A DNA stretch of 64,000 nucleotides from Candidatus Latescibacterota bacterium. Lineage in GTDB: Bacteria; Latescibacterota; UBA2968; SICM01. Of the stretch, positions 31,488-41,975 are shown piece by piece. The position numbers and the translations under genes are program-made. A model generated the notes under the pieces. That model saw only the letters and a list, made by a program, of their open reading frames with translations. It searched no databases and had not been told where the DNA came from. The stretch lies in NCBI GenBank assembly GCA_965217865.1, contig CBDCJO010000002.1:4480001-4544000 (forward strand). Direction: 5' to 3'. Positions within the stretch are counted from its first letter, which is position 1; each line of letters begins with the position of its first letter.

Positions 31488-31874
31488 CTATGTTGTCTTC
31501 CTGTTTGTCTCCTCCGCTTCCCTTAACCCCTCACCGTCGAAAGCACCCGTGCGTTTGTACCACTGTCTTGCGAATACCAGGATCGCAAGTACGCTGAAGA
31601 TGATCCCGCCGATCCCACCGGCCTTTACCGAATAGGAAACGATGATTTGCGGGGGAAATTCCAGGTAGATCAGACCGAATATCAGGAGGAAGAAGATCGG
31701 GGATAAAAAGGGATGACCGCCTGTGAGGAGATAACGAAGCGGGAACCCGGTCTGAACCGGATCCCCGCCCAGGCGAGAGTCGTCCACGGGGATGAGAGAG
31801 GCGAAGAACTGCCCCAGGCCCCAGGAAAAGATGACGGTGTTGATGATGTCCCACATTTCCTCGCCTGACTCCAA
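31488..31874 (-). CDS. Small hypothetical membrane protein
   Basis: Three hydrophobic segments; fills the gap within a same-strand gene run. Confidence 0.55.
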   Translation of the reverse strand: MESGEEMWDIINTVIFSWGLGQFFASLIPVDDSRLGGDPVQTGFPLRYLLTGGHPFLSPIFFLLIFGLIYLEFPPQIIVSYSVKAGGIGGIIFSVLAILVFARQWYKRTGAFDGEGLREAEETNRKTT

Positions 31875-31983
31875 TCGAATTTACGCACAATCGGGTTCCA
31901 ATATGTCAAGATATCCGGTAGGCGCAGTTCGTCAAGGGTTTTTGGTGAATGGTGATGGGTGAAAGGATCACTTAAATCCCGTC

Positions 31984-33015
31984 TCAACAAAGCCTATCGT
32001 CAAATGAGACGCCAAACCCGGGACGATCTCCCAGCCTGACCGTGCCGTTACGGATCTCGGGCTGGCCTTCGATCCAAGACATCCAGGGCCTGCCCGACTC
32101 GGCCAGGGGTGACGGGTCCACCGCCGCGATCGCGTGAAGGGCCCAGACTTCCGACCCGCGATGGGGACAGATCCGAAGACCGTATCGACCGGCCATTTTA
32201 TAGAGGTTTAGTAGCTGGGTCAACCCCCCGCACCAGCAGACATCCGGTTGTAAAACCGCGTGAAGGCGTCGTTGCATGAGTTCTTCAAAGGCAGAGGCAA
32301 CAAACTTATGCTCCCCGCCCGCGATCGGAATCGGGCATTCCCGGCTCAACCTGTCATAACCGTCCAGGTCGATCGGGGGAAGGGGCTCTTCGAGCCACAT
32401 CAGGTTATAGTGAGCAATTTTGTCTGCGATGCCAAGCGTTCCGGGTACATCCCACGCCATGAATGCATCCGCCATGAGCTGCCCCTCGGGCCCGATCGCA
32501 TCGCGGACGCGTTCCACCAGGTCGACGATCCGATCCGAGGAACGATGGGGATCCAGATTTTTCACGTTGATTTTGACGGCTTTACATCCCGACCGAAGGG
32601 CGGCCTCCACACCTTCGAGATCGGACACGGTCGCGTAGGCCGGTATCCTCCGGCCGGATGTTCCTCCAAGCAGTTCGGCAACGGATTTCCCCTGGCTTTT
32701 TCCCCGAAGGTCCCATAGTGCCAGGTCCACACCGCTGAGAGCCATCATCGCGAGCCCCTCCGGGCCGAACGGCAGGATATGATGGAACATTCGGGTCCAG
32801 AGGCCTTCAACATCGGACGGATCTTTTTCGAGCAGCGCTGCCCGAAGCACGGTCTGTACAACCGACACGCCTGCTGTGCCCCCTCCCCCGACCCCATAAC
32901 CGGTCAAGCCTTCTTCTGTATCGACGGCTACCAGGATCTGCCCAAACCAACTCCGCCAGTCCCGGGGTTCCCCCGGAAGATCCGGATGGATCGCTCGCAC
33001 GCCGCTGATTTTCAC
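31984..33015 (-). CDS. Mandelate racemase/muconate lactonizing enzyme family (sugar-acid dehydratase-like)
   Basis: ALSGVDLALWDLRGK, WLEEPL, IAGGEH, LQPDVCWCGG. Confidence 0.9.
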   Translation of the reverse strand: MKISGVRAIHPDLPGEPRDWRSWFGQILVAVDTEEGLTGYGVGGGGTAGVSVVQTVLRAALLEKDPSDVEGLWTRMFHHILPFGPEGLAMMALSGVDLALWDLRGKSQGKSVAELLGGTSGRRIPAYATVSDLEGVEAALRSGCKAVKINVKNLDPHRSSDRIVDLVERVRDAIGPEGQLMADAFMAWDVPGTLGIADKIAHYNLMWLEEPLPPIDLDGYDRLSRECPIPIAGGEHKFVASAFEELMQRRLHAVLQPDVCWCGGLTQLLNLYKMAGRYGLRICPHRGSEVWALHAIAAVDPSPLAESGRPWMSWIEGQPEIRNGTVRLGDRPGFGVSFDDRLC

Positions 33016-33222
33016 ACCGAGCCTCTACTTTATCCTTGATAACCGAAAGAGAAATGGTAGATTGACGAGTAAATATTCGAAGATTTGGAGGTGAAAGACT
33101 GGAACGATATGTTGCTCTTGGAGTTCGAAATATGATGAACATCGGGTCAAGGTGCAACTCTCGTTTCTGATTCTCTATCGGTATTTCCCGATGGCTTACG
33201 TCTAACCCAGGAGAGGGTTGAT

Positions 33223-33915
33223 ATGAAATTCCGCTGGATCGTTATCATTCTGGTCGTGGTTGCCGTTATCGGTGGACTGGCCTGGCTGCGCTATTCATGG
33301 CTGGTGGGCAGCGAGAAGAACAGGCTCAGCTATAGCGTCGGGAAGACGATTGGGGACAACCTCAGAAAGGAATCGATGGACCTCAATCTGATTGCCTTGG
33401 GATTCGGCATCAGAGACGCTCTTTCAGGGGATGCGGCGCTGTTGACCCGCGATCAGCATCACCGGATCCAGTCGTCTCTCCAGAGGGACATGGTGGAAAA
33501 GGCGAAGGGAAAGGCCAAACAGATCGGTGAGGCCATGAAACGAGAAAGCGCGGTGTTCCTGGCCGAAAACAAAGAGAAGGAGGGTGTTATCACCCTTGCG
33601 AGCGGACTCCAGTACACGGTGATCAGGAAGGGTTCGGGGGAATCCCCGCGATCGAATGATAGAGTCATCGCACATTACCGCGGCAAGCTGATCGATGGAA
33701 CGGTATTCGACGAATCATACAGCCTGGACCAGCCGACCATCTTTCCGGTCAACGGGGTGATCGCCGGCTGGCAGGAGGCCCTTCAGCTGATGAAGGTGGG
33801 CGCGATGTGGGAGATATTCGTTCCGGCTGAACTGGCCTATGGGGAAAACTCCCCCGGTCCTATCCCTTCGAATTCCGCCCTGATTTTCGAGATCGAGCTT
33901 CTGGGGATTAAGTAG
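33223..33915 (+). CDS. FKBP-type peptidyl-prolyl isomerase (FkpA/Mip-like)
   Basis: SGLQY, HYRGKLIDGTVFDES, VIAGWQEALQLM, ELAYG, LIFEIELL. Confidence 0.93.
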   Translation: MKFRWIVIILVVVAVIGGLAWLRYSWLVGSEKNRLSYSVGKTIGDNLRKESMDLNLIALGFGIRDALSGDAALLTRDQHHRIQSSLQRDMVEKAKGKAKQIGEAMKRESAVFLAENKEKEGVITLASGLQYTVIRKGSGESPRSNDRVIAHYRGKLIDGTVFDESYSLDQPTIFPVNGVIAGWQEALQLMKVGAMWEIFVPAELAYGENSPGPIPSNSALIFEIELLGIK

Positions 33916-33941
33916 AGTAGGGAAAATTCAATATTGATAGA

Positions 33942-35024
33942 TTGGAATTTTTAGTATGGCGGCGGACGATCCTTGATCATCGAGTCCTGAAGGAGCTACA
34001 ACCCTCGTACGGTCTCTTGAGACATTATCGACCCGGGGCAGCAAGGTATCGTTTCACCGCGAAAAATGTCTCCGAGGCCAAAAGGTGGCAACGGGTTAGC
34101 CGAAAGGCACTCGGCGAAACAGTCGGATTTCAGGATCTGCGGCCAAGCCCGCTTTCTCCAATGAGGGTTGAAGAGGTCGACAAGGGGGATTACAAACGTG
34201 AAAAGATCCTGATCCGGACTTCGCGCGATTCTGCCATGCCGGTGTATCTCCTCCTTCCTAAAGGGAAAAAAAGACCGTTGCCGGTCGTTCTGGCATTCCA
34301 CGGACACGGGTATGGCGTGAAGGACATCGTCGGACTCTGGCAGGATGGTGAGGAGCGGGATACACCCGGGGGGTATCAAAAGGATTTTGCGGTCTCCCTG
34401 TGCCGAAGGGGGTTCGCCGTGGCGGCACCGGAGATATCATGTTTTGGCGAAAGGCAGACGGACTTTTCTTATTTGAACGCCGTAATCGGACAGGTCGCAC
34501 CCACAACGTGTACCCATGTTGCTATGTTGGCCTTCCATCTCGGGGGGTCGGTCGTCGGTCTCCGGGTATTTGAAGGAAAACGTCTTGTGGATTATCTACA
34601 GACTCGGAGGGACCTGGATATCACGCGTCTGGGGGCGATGGGGATCTCGGGCGGGGGGATGCACACGTTCTTCTCCACGTGTCTTGACTAGCGGATCAAG
34701 GCATGCGTCATCAGTGGATACTACGCAACCTTCCGCGAAGGGGTCCTGGCGATGTCCCATTGTGCGTGCAATTTTATGCCGGGCCTTCATAAATTCGGTG
34801 AGATCTATGATCTGGGCGGGCTGATCGCCCCCCGTCCCCTTCTGGTCGAGGCCGGGGACTACGATCCGATTTTTCCGATCGGGTCAGTGAAAAAGAGCGT
34901 TGCAAGGACGAGGAAGATCTACAAACTGTTCGGTGCGGAACGCGGCCTGGAGACCGATTATTTCGAGGGGGATCACCAGATCAGCGGAAGGCGGGCTTAT
35001 GATTTTTTGATGGAGAAGATATAG
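33942..35024 (+). pseudogene. Alpha/beta hydrolase (dienelactone hydrolase-like) with in-frame TAG at 34689-34691
   Basis: LAFHGHG, MGISGGG nucleophile elbow; CLD*RIKACVISGY continues in frame to LIAPRPLLVEAG..DH. Confidence 0.82.
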
Positions 35025-35026
35025 GG

Positions 35027-35085
35027 AATTGGCAAGTTAAAAATGGAAAATGGAAAGTGCAAATTGGAAAGTGGAAAATGCAAAA
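35027..35085. repeat. Degenerate heptamer run (AAAATGG-like), family C
   Basis: AAAATGG AAAATGG AAAGTGC AAATTGG AAAGTGG AAAATGC; related run at 41917-41960. Confidence 0.7.
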
Positions 35086-35120
35086 CGCCCCCCCCCTTCC
35101 ATGCCCTCAAGTCGTCGCAG

Positions 35121-36209
35121 TTAAACGGCTCGTCCCTTCGGGGATCCTGATTCACATTCGGATTCAACAGCCGCTTTTAACGCCTTCATGTAACCAAGTT
35201 CCCACGCAAACCCGATGCGCTCGGTGTCGTCTTCGATCACACCGACGGCGTGATCCGGATCGAAGAATCCCCGGTAGCCGTATCGAAAAAAGAGGCGCAT
35301 TACTTCGAGCATATCCAGGTCTCCGGTGTCGAGGAAGTCTTCCTGGTAGGATCCCTGGGTAACGGTTCCACGGGGATTCCGGAAGTGGACACCGAAGATC
35401 TTGTTTTTTTCCAGGAAGTATTCGATCGCGCCCAATGTGTCCTCGCCCATCTCGGAAAGCGTTCCAAGGCAGAGGAGGAGTCCACTGTTGGGACTCGGAA
35501 CAAGGTCCACCAACCTCTTAAGGCCTGCCACGCTGTTCAATACCTGTTCCACCCCCCTGTAATATGGTTCCGGGGGATCGTCCGGATGCGCGCAGACATG
35601 AACTCCGGATTCCTCCGCAACCGGGACGATTCGCTCGTACAGATAGCGGATCCGCTCCCACATCTCCTCCGCTGAAATCTCTCCATATGGCGCCACGACT
35701 TCGGATGGGGCCCGCGAAGCATCTTTCTTTGCCCGTGCGCTGCTATGTGTCAGGAGGACCGCCCCTCCACGCCCAATTCCCCGGTAGTATCTCCCCGGAC
35801 CAGAGCCCCCAAAAAGATCTTCAGGACGCGCAATTGGAACGCCGGGAAGGTCCGGCCACCATGTGCCAAGGGAGCGCCAGGGGGTCAGGTTGTAAAAGAC
35901 GATAGGGACACCGACCTTTCCCACCGTACGGATCGTGGCGGAGATTCCTTCAATTTCCTGATCCCGTTCGGGCTTCCCGGAAAGGACCGCGGCGGTCCCG
36001 GTGTGGGGAATGCGGAGTACGAAGAATTCAAGTCCCTGGGATTCGATGTTGCGCTTTAATTCCGCCAATTCATCCACCGTTGGATAGCCGCGATCGTTGT
36101 ACCCGGGGATGACCTGAGCCTCACACGTTATGCCGTCTGCCCCCATCTGTTTCGCGAAGCGCAGCTGCTCCTCTTCCGGACGGTCCCCGACGTCGAAGCC
36201 AATCTTCAC
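35121..36209 (-). CDS. Mannonate dehydratase (UxuA) family protein
   Basis: LRFAKQMGAD, HPDDPP, GLLLCLG, VHFRN, GDLDM, PDH. Confidence 0.82.
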   Translation of the reverse strand: MKIGFDVGDRPEEEQLRFAKQMGADGITCEAQVIPGYNDRGYPTVDELAELKRNIESQGLEFFVLRIPHTGTAAVLSGKPERDQEIEGISATIRTVGKVGVPIVFYNLTPWRSLGTWWPDLPGVPIARPEDLFGGSGPGRYYRGIGRGGAVLLTHSSARAKKDASRAPSEVVAPYGEISAEEMWERIRYLYERIVPVAEESGVHVCAHPDDPPEPYYRGVEQVLNSVAGLKRLVDLVPSPNSGLLLCLGTLSEMGEDTLGAIEYFLEKNKIFGVHFRNPRGTVTQGSYQEDFLDTGDLDMLEVMRLFFRYGYRGFFDPDHAVGVIEDDTERIGFAWELGYMKALKAAVESECESGSPKGRAV

Positions 36210-36476
36210 ACCTAACCCCCTGCGCCCCCTTCCCTAAAGGGAAGGGGGATATCGTCCTTCATAGTGGAAAAAGTCAAGCAAACGATTATTTTCAATCTGC
36301 GCTTTTCGGCTCGGTCCCAGCCGCCTTCTGGCGGCGAAAAATTGGAATCTTTGTTCGTGGATCGGAAAGGCCGAGATGCGTGGATCGTGGTTCGTGACTC
36401 GGGGATCGGAAAGGCCGTCGACGGTATCCTATCAAAAAACCTTTGATCATTCCTCAAAAAATCGGATAGATCATTA

Positions 36477-36620
36477 ACGAATCACGAATCACGAATCACG
36501 AATCACGAATCACGAATCACGAATCACGAATCACGAATCACGAATCACGAATCACGAATCACGAATCACGAATCACGAATCACGAATCACGAATCACGAA
36601 TCACGAATCACGAATCACGA
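36477..36620. repeat. Tandem heptamer array (ACGAATC)x20
   Basis: 140 bp perfect array 36477-36616; same upstream core as at 10417; supplies the TGA stop of the adjacent gene. Confidence 0.98.
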
Positions 36621-38071
36621 GTGGGCCCATCGAAGTATCCCGGCGCCATGAATTGCTTACGCGGTCCATAGGGTTCCGCTCGACCCAAGGCCTCGACGAA
36701 TGCTTTCAGGGGTAGATCCGAATCCGGATATCGGTCCCTCCAGGTGGCGCCGTTTTCCAGTTTCAATACCCCGCGGGGACAGACGGCCGAACAGATCCCG
36801 CATCCCACACAGGAGGACCGCACGATATTCTCCCCTCGTTGGGCGTAAGCCCGCACGTCGATGCCCATTTCGCAATAGGTAGAGCAGTTTCCGCACGACA
36901 TGCACTGCCCCCCGTTGGTCGTGATGCGGAACCGGGAGAAGAAGCGCTGGAATATCCCCAGGATGGCGGCCATCGGGCATCCGAACCTGCACCAGACGCG
37001 GCTGCCGAGAATCGGGTAGAACCCCACCCCGATAACCCCTGAAAACAAAGCGCCGATGTAGAATCCGTACCAGCGGGACATCGGACCTGAGATGCTTCCG
37101 AAGACAGCTCCGTGCGTGGTGGCGTCGACCCAGAGGACAATGGTTGTCGCAGTAACAAGAACGAGAACGGAATATATGATGCTTCGCTCCACTTTCCACG
37201 AGCGGGTGGATTTGCTCGAGAGCTGGCGGAAGGGATCGCCCAAGGTCTCGGCGAGACCCCCGCAACCGCACACCCAAGAACAGTACCAACGTTTGCCGTA
37301 GAAAAAGGTCAGCACGGGCGTGGCGGCGAAAGAAGCAAGGGCACCCCAGAATACCATGAAAGTTCCGAGGGCGCCCGGATGGCCCGTGAGCTGGGAAACC
37401 GTCGAGGGGAACAGATATTCAGGCTTCAACGGCCAGAAGTAAGTGAAGTAAAACTCCGGCTCGTTGAAGCTCTTGAGGATCTGGGGTATCAGAAATGCAA
37501 AACCGAGCTGAAAGAACATAACAGAGGCCGTACGGATGAGCTGGTAGCGATTGTGACGGTATTTCATAAACATCCTGGTGCCGAATACCAGGATGGCGAG
37601 GGTGTAAAGAAACCCGTAAAGGAACCAGCGGTCCGCTCGAGCGCCCGTGAGTGCACGGGAAAGGGGATCCATCAGGCGGACGGCGCGCTCCAGATTTTCC
37701 GGCCACCAGTAGAGGACCACGTAGAAGCCCGTGATGACGATACCGAGACTCCAGGCTATATGGCCCCGGGCAGATGTGCTGCTGAATGTGATGCCGTCAT
37801 TCTTAATCCCCGGTTCCGTGTCCTTGTATTCGAACCATGAGACGCCTGCGCTTCCAAGTACGATCAGGCCGAAACTCAGAACCAACCCCAACCATGTTCC
37901 GGAGAGGGGGCCGCCTGACAGGACAAACACCAGAGCGAGGAGACCCAGTGACACCACGGCAATGGAAGCCATCTTACCGGCCTTCATCGGGACTTCGGCC
38001 TGCGTGGACGGTTCTTCGAATCCGAGGGTTTCTTCTTCGAACTCGTAATCAAGGACACCGGCATCCATCAT
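36608..38071 (-). CDS. Membrane 4Fe-4S binding protein (polyferredoxin type)
   Basis: RWYCSWVCGCG, VWCRFGCP, CMSCGNCSTYCEM, CVGCGICSAVCP; several TM helices. Confidence 0.9.
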   Translation of the reverse strand: MMDAGVLDYEFEEETLGFEEPSTQAEVPMKAGKMASIAVVSLGLLALVFVLSGGPLSGTWLGLVLSFGLIVLGSAGVSWFEYKDTEPGIKNDGITFSSTSARGHIAWSLGIVITGFYVVLYWWPENLERAVRLMDPLSRALTGARADRWFLYGFLYTLAILVFGTRMFMKYRHNRYQLIRTASVMFFQLGFAFLIPQILKSFNEPEFYFTYFWPLKPEYLFPSTVSQLTGHPGALGTFMVFWGALASFAATPVLTFFYGKRWYCSWVCGCGGLAETLGDPFRQLSSKSTRSWKVERSIIYSVLVLVTATTIVLWVDATTHGAVFGSISGPMSRWYGFYIGALFSGVIGVGFYPILGSRVWCRFGCPMAAILGIFQRFFSRFRITTNGGQCMSCGNCSTYCEMGIDVRAYAQRGENIVRSSCVGCGICSAVCPRGVLKLENGATWRDRYPDSDLPLKAFVEALGRAEPYGPRKQFMAPGYFDGPTRDS

Positions 38072-39339
38072 GAGATCTGCTCCTTGAGGGTTCCGACGAT
38101 TTCGGCTTCGTAATGTCGAAAAAACTCCGGGTCGAAATTCGCCTCTTCGAGATTTTCAATGACGTCGGCAACAGGCCGTCTTTCCGCTATCCAGGAATCG
38201 CACACCTGATGCCGGTAGCGAATGCCCATCAGGTTGAGGCCTATGACACCTTCTTTGGTGTAGACGATCCTCACTGAATGGCGATGATTTGGGTGCTCCC
38301 AGATAAGGTTCCGCTCATCTTGAATTCCCATGTTCACCTGGCCGTAAACCTGGTACTCAAGGTCGAAAAATTTGGCAGAGTTGAACCAGATTCCGGGGTC
38401 GTAGGACCAGCTCTCACCCGCAAGCACATCTCCGACAATCTCTCCCTGTTTTTTTCCCGTGTACCAGACCTGCTGGATCAGGTTTCGGCCGCCGTTCTCA
38501 GTCCGAATCTCGGCACAGTCGCCGGCCGCGTAGACTTCAGGCATGCTGGTTCGGAAACTTCTATCCACCAGGACCCCCCGATTCGTCTCGATTTTGGTGT
38601 CCTTCACGAGATCGATGTTGGGAGAGACCCCCGCCGTGAGTCCCACCAGCTCGCAATCGATGCGTTCCTCTTTATCCGTAATCACAGCACATGCCCGGCC
38701 GGTCCCGTCGTCCACGATCTCTTTCAGGTTGGTCTTTAGTTTAAGCCCGATTCCCTGATCGCGGATAACTCGATTGATCATCCGCGATTCCTCTCCGGGT
38801 ATGATGTTATCCCAGAAGGATTCTTCACGAACCAGGAAGGTGACGTGAATATTTCGGGAATGGAGCATCTCCGCCAGCTCGATGCCGATCAACCCGCCCC
38901 CAACGATGACGGCGTGGCGGGTGGTTTTCACGTTTTCGTAGAGGGTTCGAAGATCACGCAAGTCGTATAGACTCTGGACGCCGTCGAGATCCTGGCCCGG
39001 CCAACCGAATTTGTTGGACTTCGAGCCGGTCGCGATGAGAAGTTTGTCGTAATCGAGGGTGTTGCTTTTATGGAGCCGAAGGCGTTTTCGGTCCGTATCG
39101 ATTCCCGTGACCCAGTCCCTGTGTAGATCCAATCGATTTTTCGGCCAGAAATCGTCTTCGAATGGCTTCGTGGACTTATAACTCATGTGGCCCATAAAGA
39201 TGTACATCAACGCGGGCCTGGAGTAGTGGTAGCTGGACTCTCCCGAGATGATGGTTATCCGCCAATCGGGATGTTTCTCACGGAGGCGGATCGCGGCCGT
39301 TACGCCTGTCACTCCGTTGCCGATGATGACGACGTGCAT
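38068..39339 (-). CDS. FAD/NAD(P)-dependent pyridine nucleotide-disulfide oxidoreductase family protein
   Basis: VIIGNGVTG, LLIATG, IVGGGLIGIE, VYAAGDCAE. Confidence 0.92.
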   Translation of the reverse strand: MHVVIIGNGVTGVTAAIRLREKHPDWRITIISGESSYHYSRPALMYIFMGHMSYKSTKPFEDDFWPKNRLDLHRDWVTGIDTDRKRLRLHKSNTLDYDKLLIATGSKSNKFGWPGQDLDGVQSLYDLRDLRTLYENVKTTRHAVIVGGGLIGIELAEMLHSRNIHVTFLVREESFWDNIIPGEESRMINRVIRDQGIGLKLKTNLKEIVDDGTGRACAVITDKEERIDCELVGLTAGVSPNIDLVKDTKIETNRGVLVDRSFRTSMPEVYAAGDCAEIRTENGGRNLIQQVWYTGKKQGEIVGDVLAGESWSYDPGIWFNSAKFFDLEYQVYGQVNMGIQDERNLIWEHPNHRHSVRIVYTKEGVIGLNLMGIRYRHQVCDSWIAERRPVADVIENLEEANFDPEFFRHYEAEIVGTLKEQIS

Positions 39340-39353
39340 GGGGACCTCAAAGA

Positions 39354-39475
39354 AATTGACGATTGAAGATTTTAGATTGAATATTGAAGATCAAAAGGAT
39401 CCATAGGACCACAAGAAATCCCTGAGTTGTTTAAATATTCAATTTTCCGATATTCAATCTTCAATTTATTCAATT
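39354..39475. repeat. Inverted heptamer element, family B, copy 3
   Basis: ATTGACG/ATTGAAG/..ATTGAAT/ATTGAAG arm, GGACCACAAGAAATC core, AAATATTCAATTTTCCGATATTCAATCTTCAAT arm. Confidence 0.8.
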
Positions 39476-39645
39476 TGGGTTATATATATATATCGATGTC
39501 GGTCGTCAGTCAAGAGTTCCGTTGTAAAAAACGGTTCCAGGACTGAAGGTGCAAAAAAATGAGGGTTGAACCTGGGACTTTTCTTTTTTATATTGGGGTT
39601 TCTTTTAATCCCGATAGACCAAGCCTATAATGGCATCATCACGAG

Positions 39646-40668
39646 GTGCTGACTTCCGTGTCCCCATTTAACCGGTTTTTGCTTTCGCTTGGCCTTATGA
39701 TTCTGGTGTTTATCGGAGGAACCCTGGGCTATACTCTGGTTGAGGGATGGACCACGTTTCAGTCGTTCTACATGACGGTGATCACAGTGGCCACCGTTGG
39801 ATTCCAGGAAGTCGAGACCATGTCACCGGGGGGAAGGTGGTTCACCGTTGGATTGATCATCTTTGGAGTGGGGGCAGCAGGATATGCCATCAGCAGTCTG
39901 ACGGCCTTAATCGTAGGTGGTGAGATTCAGGACATCCTCAAGGGGCGTAAAATGGAGTCAAATATAGCGAAGCTGAACGACCATTTCATTATCTGCGGCG
40001 GGGGTGTTGTGGGCAAGGAGATCGCTCAGGAGTTTCAACGGGCAAAGGTGCCTTTTGTCGTTGTTGAGCATAATCTGGAAGCATCGGATATGATCGGTAC
40101 CCCCGGTGTCCTTTTCGTGGAGGGGGACGCGACAGACGATGAAACCCTGATTCGGGCAGGAATCGACCGGGCTAAAGGATTGATCAGCGCACTTCGACAC
40201 GATCCGGATAACGTTTTTGTGACCCTCACGGTCCGCCAGCTCAACTCCGAACTTTTGATCGTTTCACGAGCCAGCGAACAGGGAACCGAGAGCAAACTTC
40301 TCCGAGCCGGGGCTGACAGGGTGGTCTCACCGTATCAGATCGGGGGACGACGAATGGCTTTCGCAGCCATCAGACCTTCGGTGGTCGACTTTCTGGACGT
40401 CCTGACGGGACACGACGACCCGCTTCGGGTGGAGGATATTCAGATTGATTCCGGATCGGCCCTCGTGGGAAAACAGATCCGGGAGACCCCGAATATCTGG
40501 GAGAAAACCGGGGTGATCGTGCTGGGTATCCAGGGATCGGGGGGTCTACATCACGTGGCCACCCCGGACGAACACCTTGCGGCCAGGAAGATCAATGAGA
40601 ACGATATCCTGATCGTGCTGGGAAATGATTCCCAGATCAATCGCCTGAGAGAGATCGCTCAGGGATGA
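39646..40668 (+). CDS. Potassium channel protein with TrkA-N/TrkA-C (RCK) domains
   Basis: TVATVGFQE pore loop, ICGGGVVG, EGDATDD, AGADRVVSP. Confidence 0.9.
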   Translation: MLTSVSPFNRFLLSLGLMILVFIGGTLGYTLVEGWTTFQSFYMTVITVATVGFQEVETMSPGGRWFTVGLIIFGVGAAGYAISSLTALIVGGEIQDILKGRKMESNIAKLNDHFIICGGGVVGKEIAQEFQRAKVPFVVVEHNLEASDMIGTPGVLFVEGDATDDETLIRAGIDRAKGLISALRHDPDNVFVTLTVRQLNSELLIVSRASEQGTESKLLRAGADRVVSPYQIGGRRMAFAAIRPSVVDFLDVLTGHDDPLRVEDIQIDSGSALVGKQIRETPNIWEKTGVIVLGIQGSGGLHHVATPDEHLAARKINENDILIVLGNDSQINRLREIAQG

Positions 40669-41972
40669 AACCCGCCCTCCCCGTCATTCTGAGCGGTGTC
40701 GTGATGGGGGGCTGTTTCCTCGGGATGGCCGTTGTCGGCGATCTTCGTCTTCGGGTTCCTGCATTCTTATCCCTCCATTTTGGTGCCTTCGGCGTTTATC
40801 TCCTTGCCCTGATCTGGATCCACTTCAGGAAAGGCCATACCCATCACCTTGTCTGGATCGTGGCCTTCGGACTTCTGTTCCGGGCTGCTCTCCTGTACAG
40901 CCCGGCGACGTTATCCGATGACGTTTATCGATATCTCTGGGACGGGCGGGTCCAGTCTTACGGGATAAATCCTTATCTTTATCCCCCTGAAGCCCCGGAA
41001 TTGGAGTCGATCAGGGATGGGCTCCACCCAAAGATCAACCATCCTGAAGTCTCGACGATCTATCCCCCATTTTCGGAACTGGTCTTCCTGATCGCTTACC
41101 TGATCTTGCCCGGTCCGATCACGTTCAAGGTACTTTTTACGCTGTTCGATCTCGGTACCGCTTTCCTGCTTTTTCGCCTCTTAAAGAGGCGGGGTGTTCC
41201 CCAGGAGGCCCTGATCGTATACCTCTGGAACCCGCTTGTGGTGGTGGAGGTGGCTGGAAGCGCGCACCTGGACGCCATGGCCATCTTCTGGATGGTCGGG
41301 GCTTTGCTCTGGGTTGAGACGGATAAGCCTCTCCGAGCATCGGCCGCGCTTGGGCTGTCGATCCTGTCGAAGCCGTTCGCACTGGCCCTGATTCCGGTGT
41401 TTTGGGGGAGGATTGGGGACCGGAGGGGGAGGCTTGTATTCCTGCTTGTTCCCGTAATTCTGGCAGCGGGCGCCCTTTCCTACGCAGCAGCGGGGGAAGG
41501 ATTGTATGCCGGACTCCGGACATACGCCGCGCATTGGGCGTTCAATGACGTGTTATACCGGTACATCGCTGACGGCCTGGGATCTCAAAGGCTGGCGAGG
41601 CTGGGGATTGTCGTACTCTTCGGCCTGGGTGCAATCGGTCTTGGAGTCCGGAGGGTCGATCCCGTCACGGCCGGATTTATCCTTACGGGCGCATTCATTT
41701 TGCTGACACCCACCCTTCATCCGTGGTACGTCCTGTGGATGATCCCCTTTCTTGTCTTTCGGGAGAGTCCGGCTTGGCTGTACCTGACGGGAGCCGTTTC
41801 CCTTTCATACCACGTTCTCATTCGGTATGTCGGGGAAGGCATCTGGGTCGAGGCCGATTGGGTAAGATGGGTAGCGTATGGAGTTTTCGGTTTGCTTATC
41901 GTGGGGGAACTGGTGTGGAAATGGAAAATGAAAAGTGGAAAATGGAAAATGGAAAATGAGAGTGGGTTGTAA
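40665..41972 (+). CDS. GT-C membrane glycosyltransferase (GT87/DUF2029-like)
   Basis: LSDDVYRYLWDG, TIYPP, YLWNPL, HPWY. Confidence 0.82.
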   Translation: MKPALPVILSGVVMGGCFLGMAVVGDLRLRVPAFLSLHFGAFGVYLLALIWIHFRKGHTHHLVWIVAFGLLFRAALLYSPATLSDDVYRYLWDGRVQSYGINPYLYPPEAPELESIRDGLHPKINHPEVSTIYPPFSELVFLIAYLILPGPITFKVLFTLFDLGTAFLLFRLLKRRGVPQEALIVYLWNPLVVVEVAGSAHLDAMAIFWMVGALLWVETDKPLRASAALGLSILSKPFALALIPVFWGRIGDRRGRLVFLLVPVILAAGALSYAAAGEGLYAGLRTYAAHWAFNDVLYRYIADGLGSQRLARLGIVVLFGLGAIGLGVRRVDPVTAGFILTGAFILLTPTLHPWYVLWMIPFLVFRESPAWLYLTGAVSLSYHVLIRYVGEGIWVEADWVRWVAYGVFGLLIVGELVWKWKMKSGKWKMENESGL

Positions 41973-41975
41973 GGC

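Noticed and set aside
34689-34691. Genome-wide TAG reassignment
   Set aside because: Many full-length genes here terminate at TAG at their expected ends (e.g. 9596, 25924, 33915, 35024).
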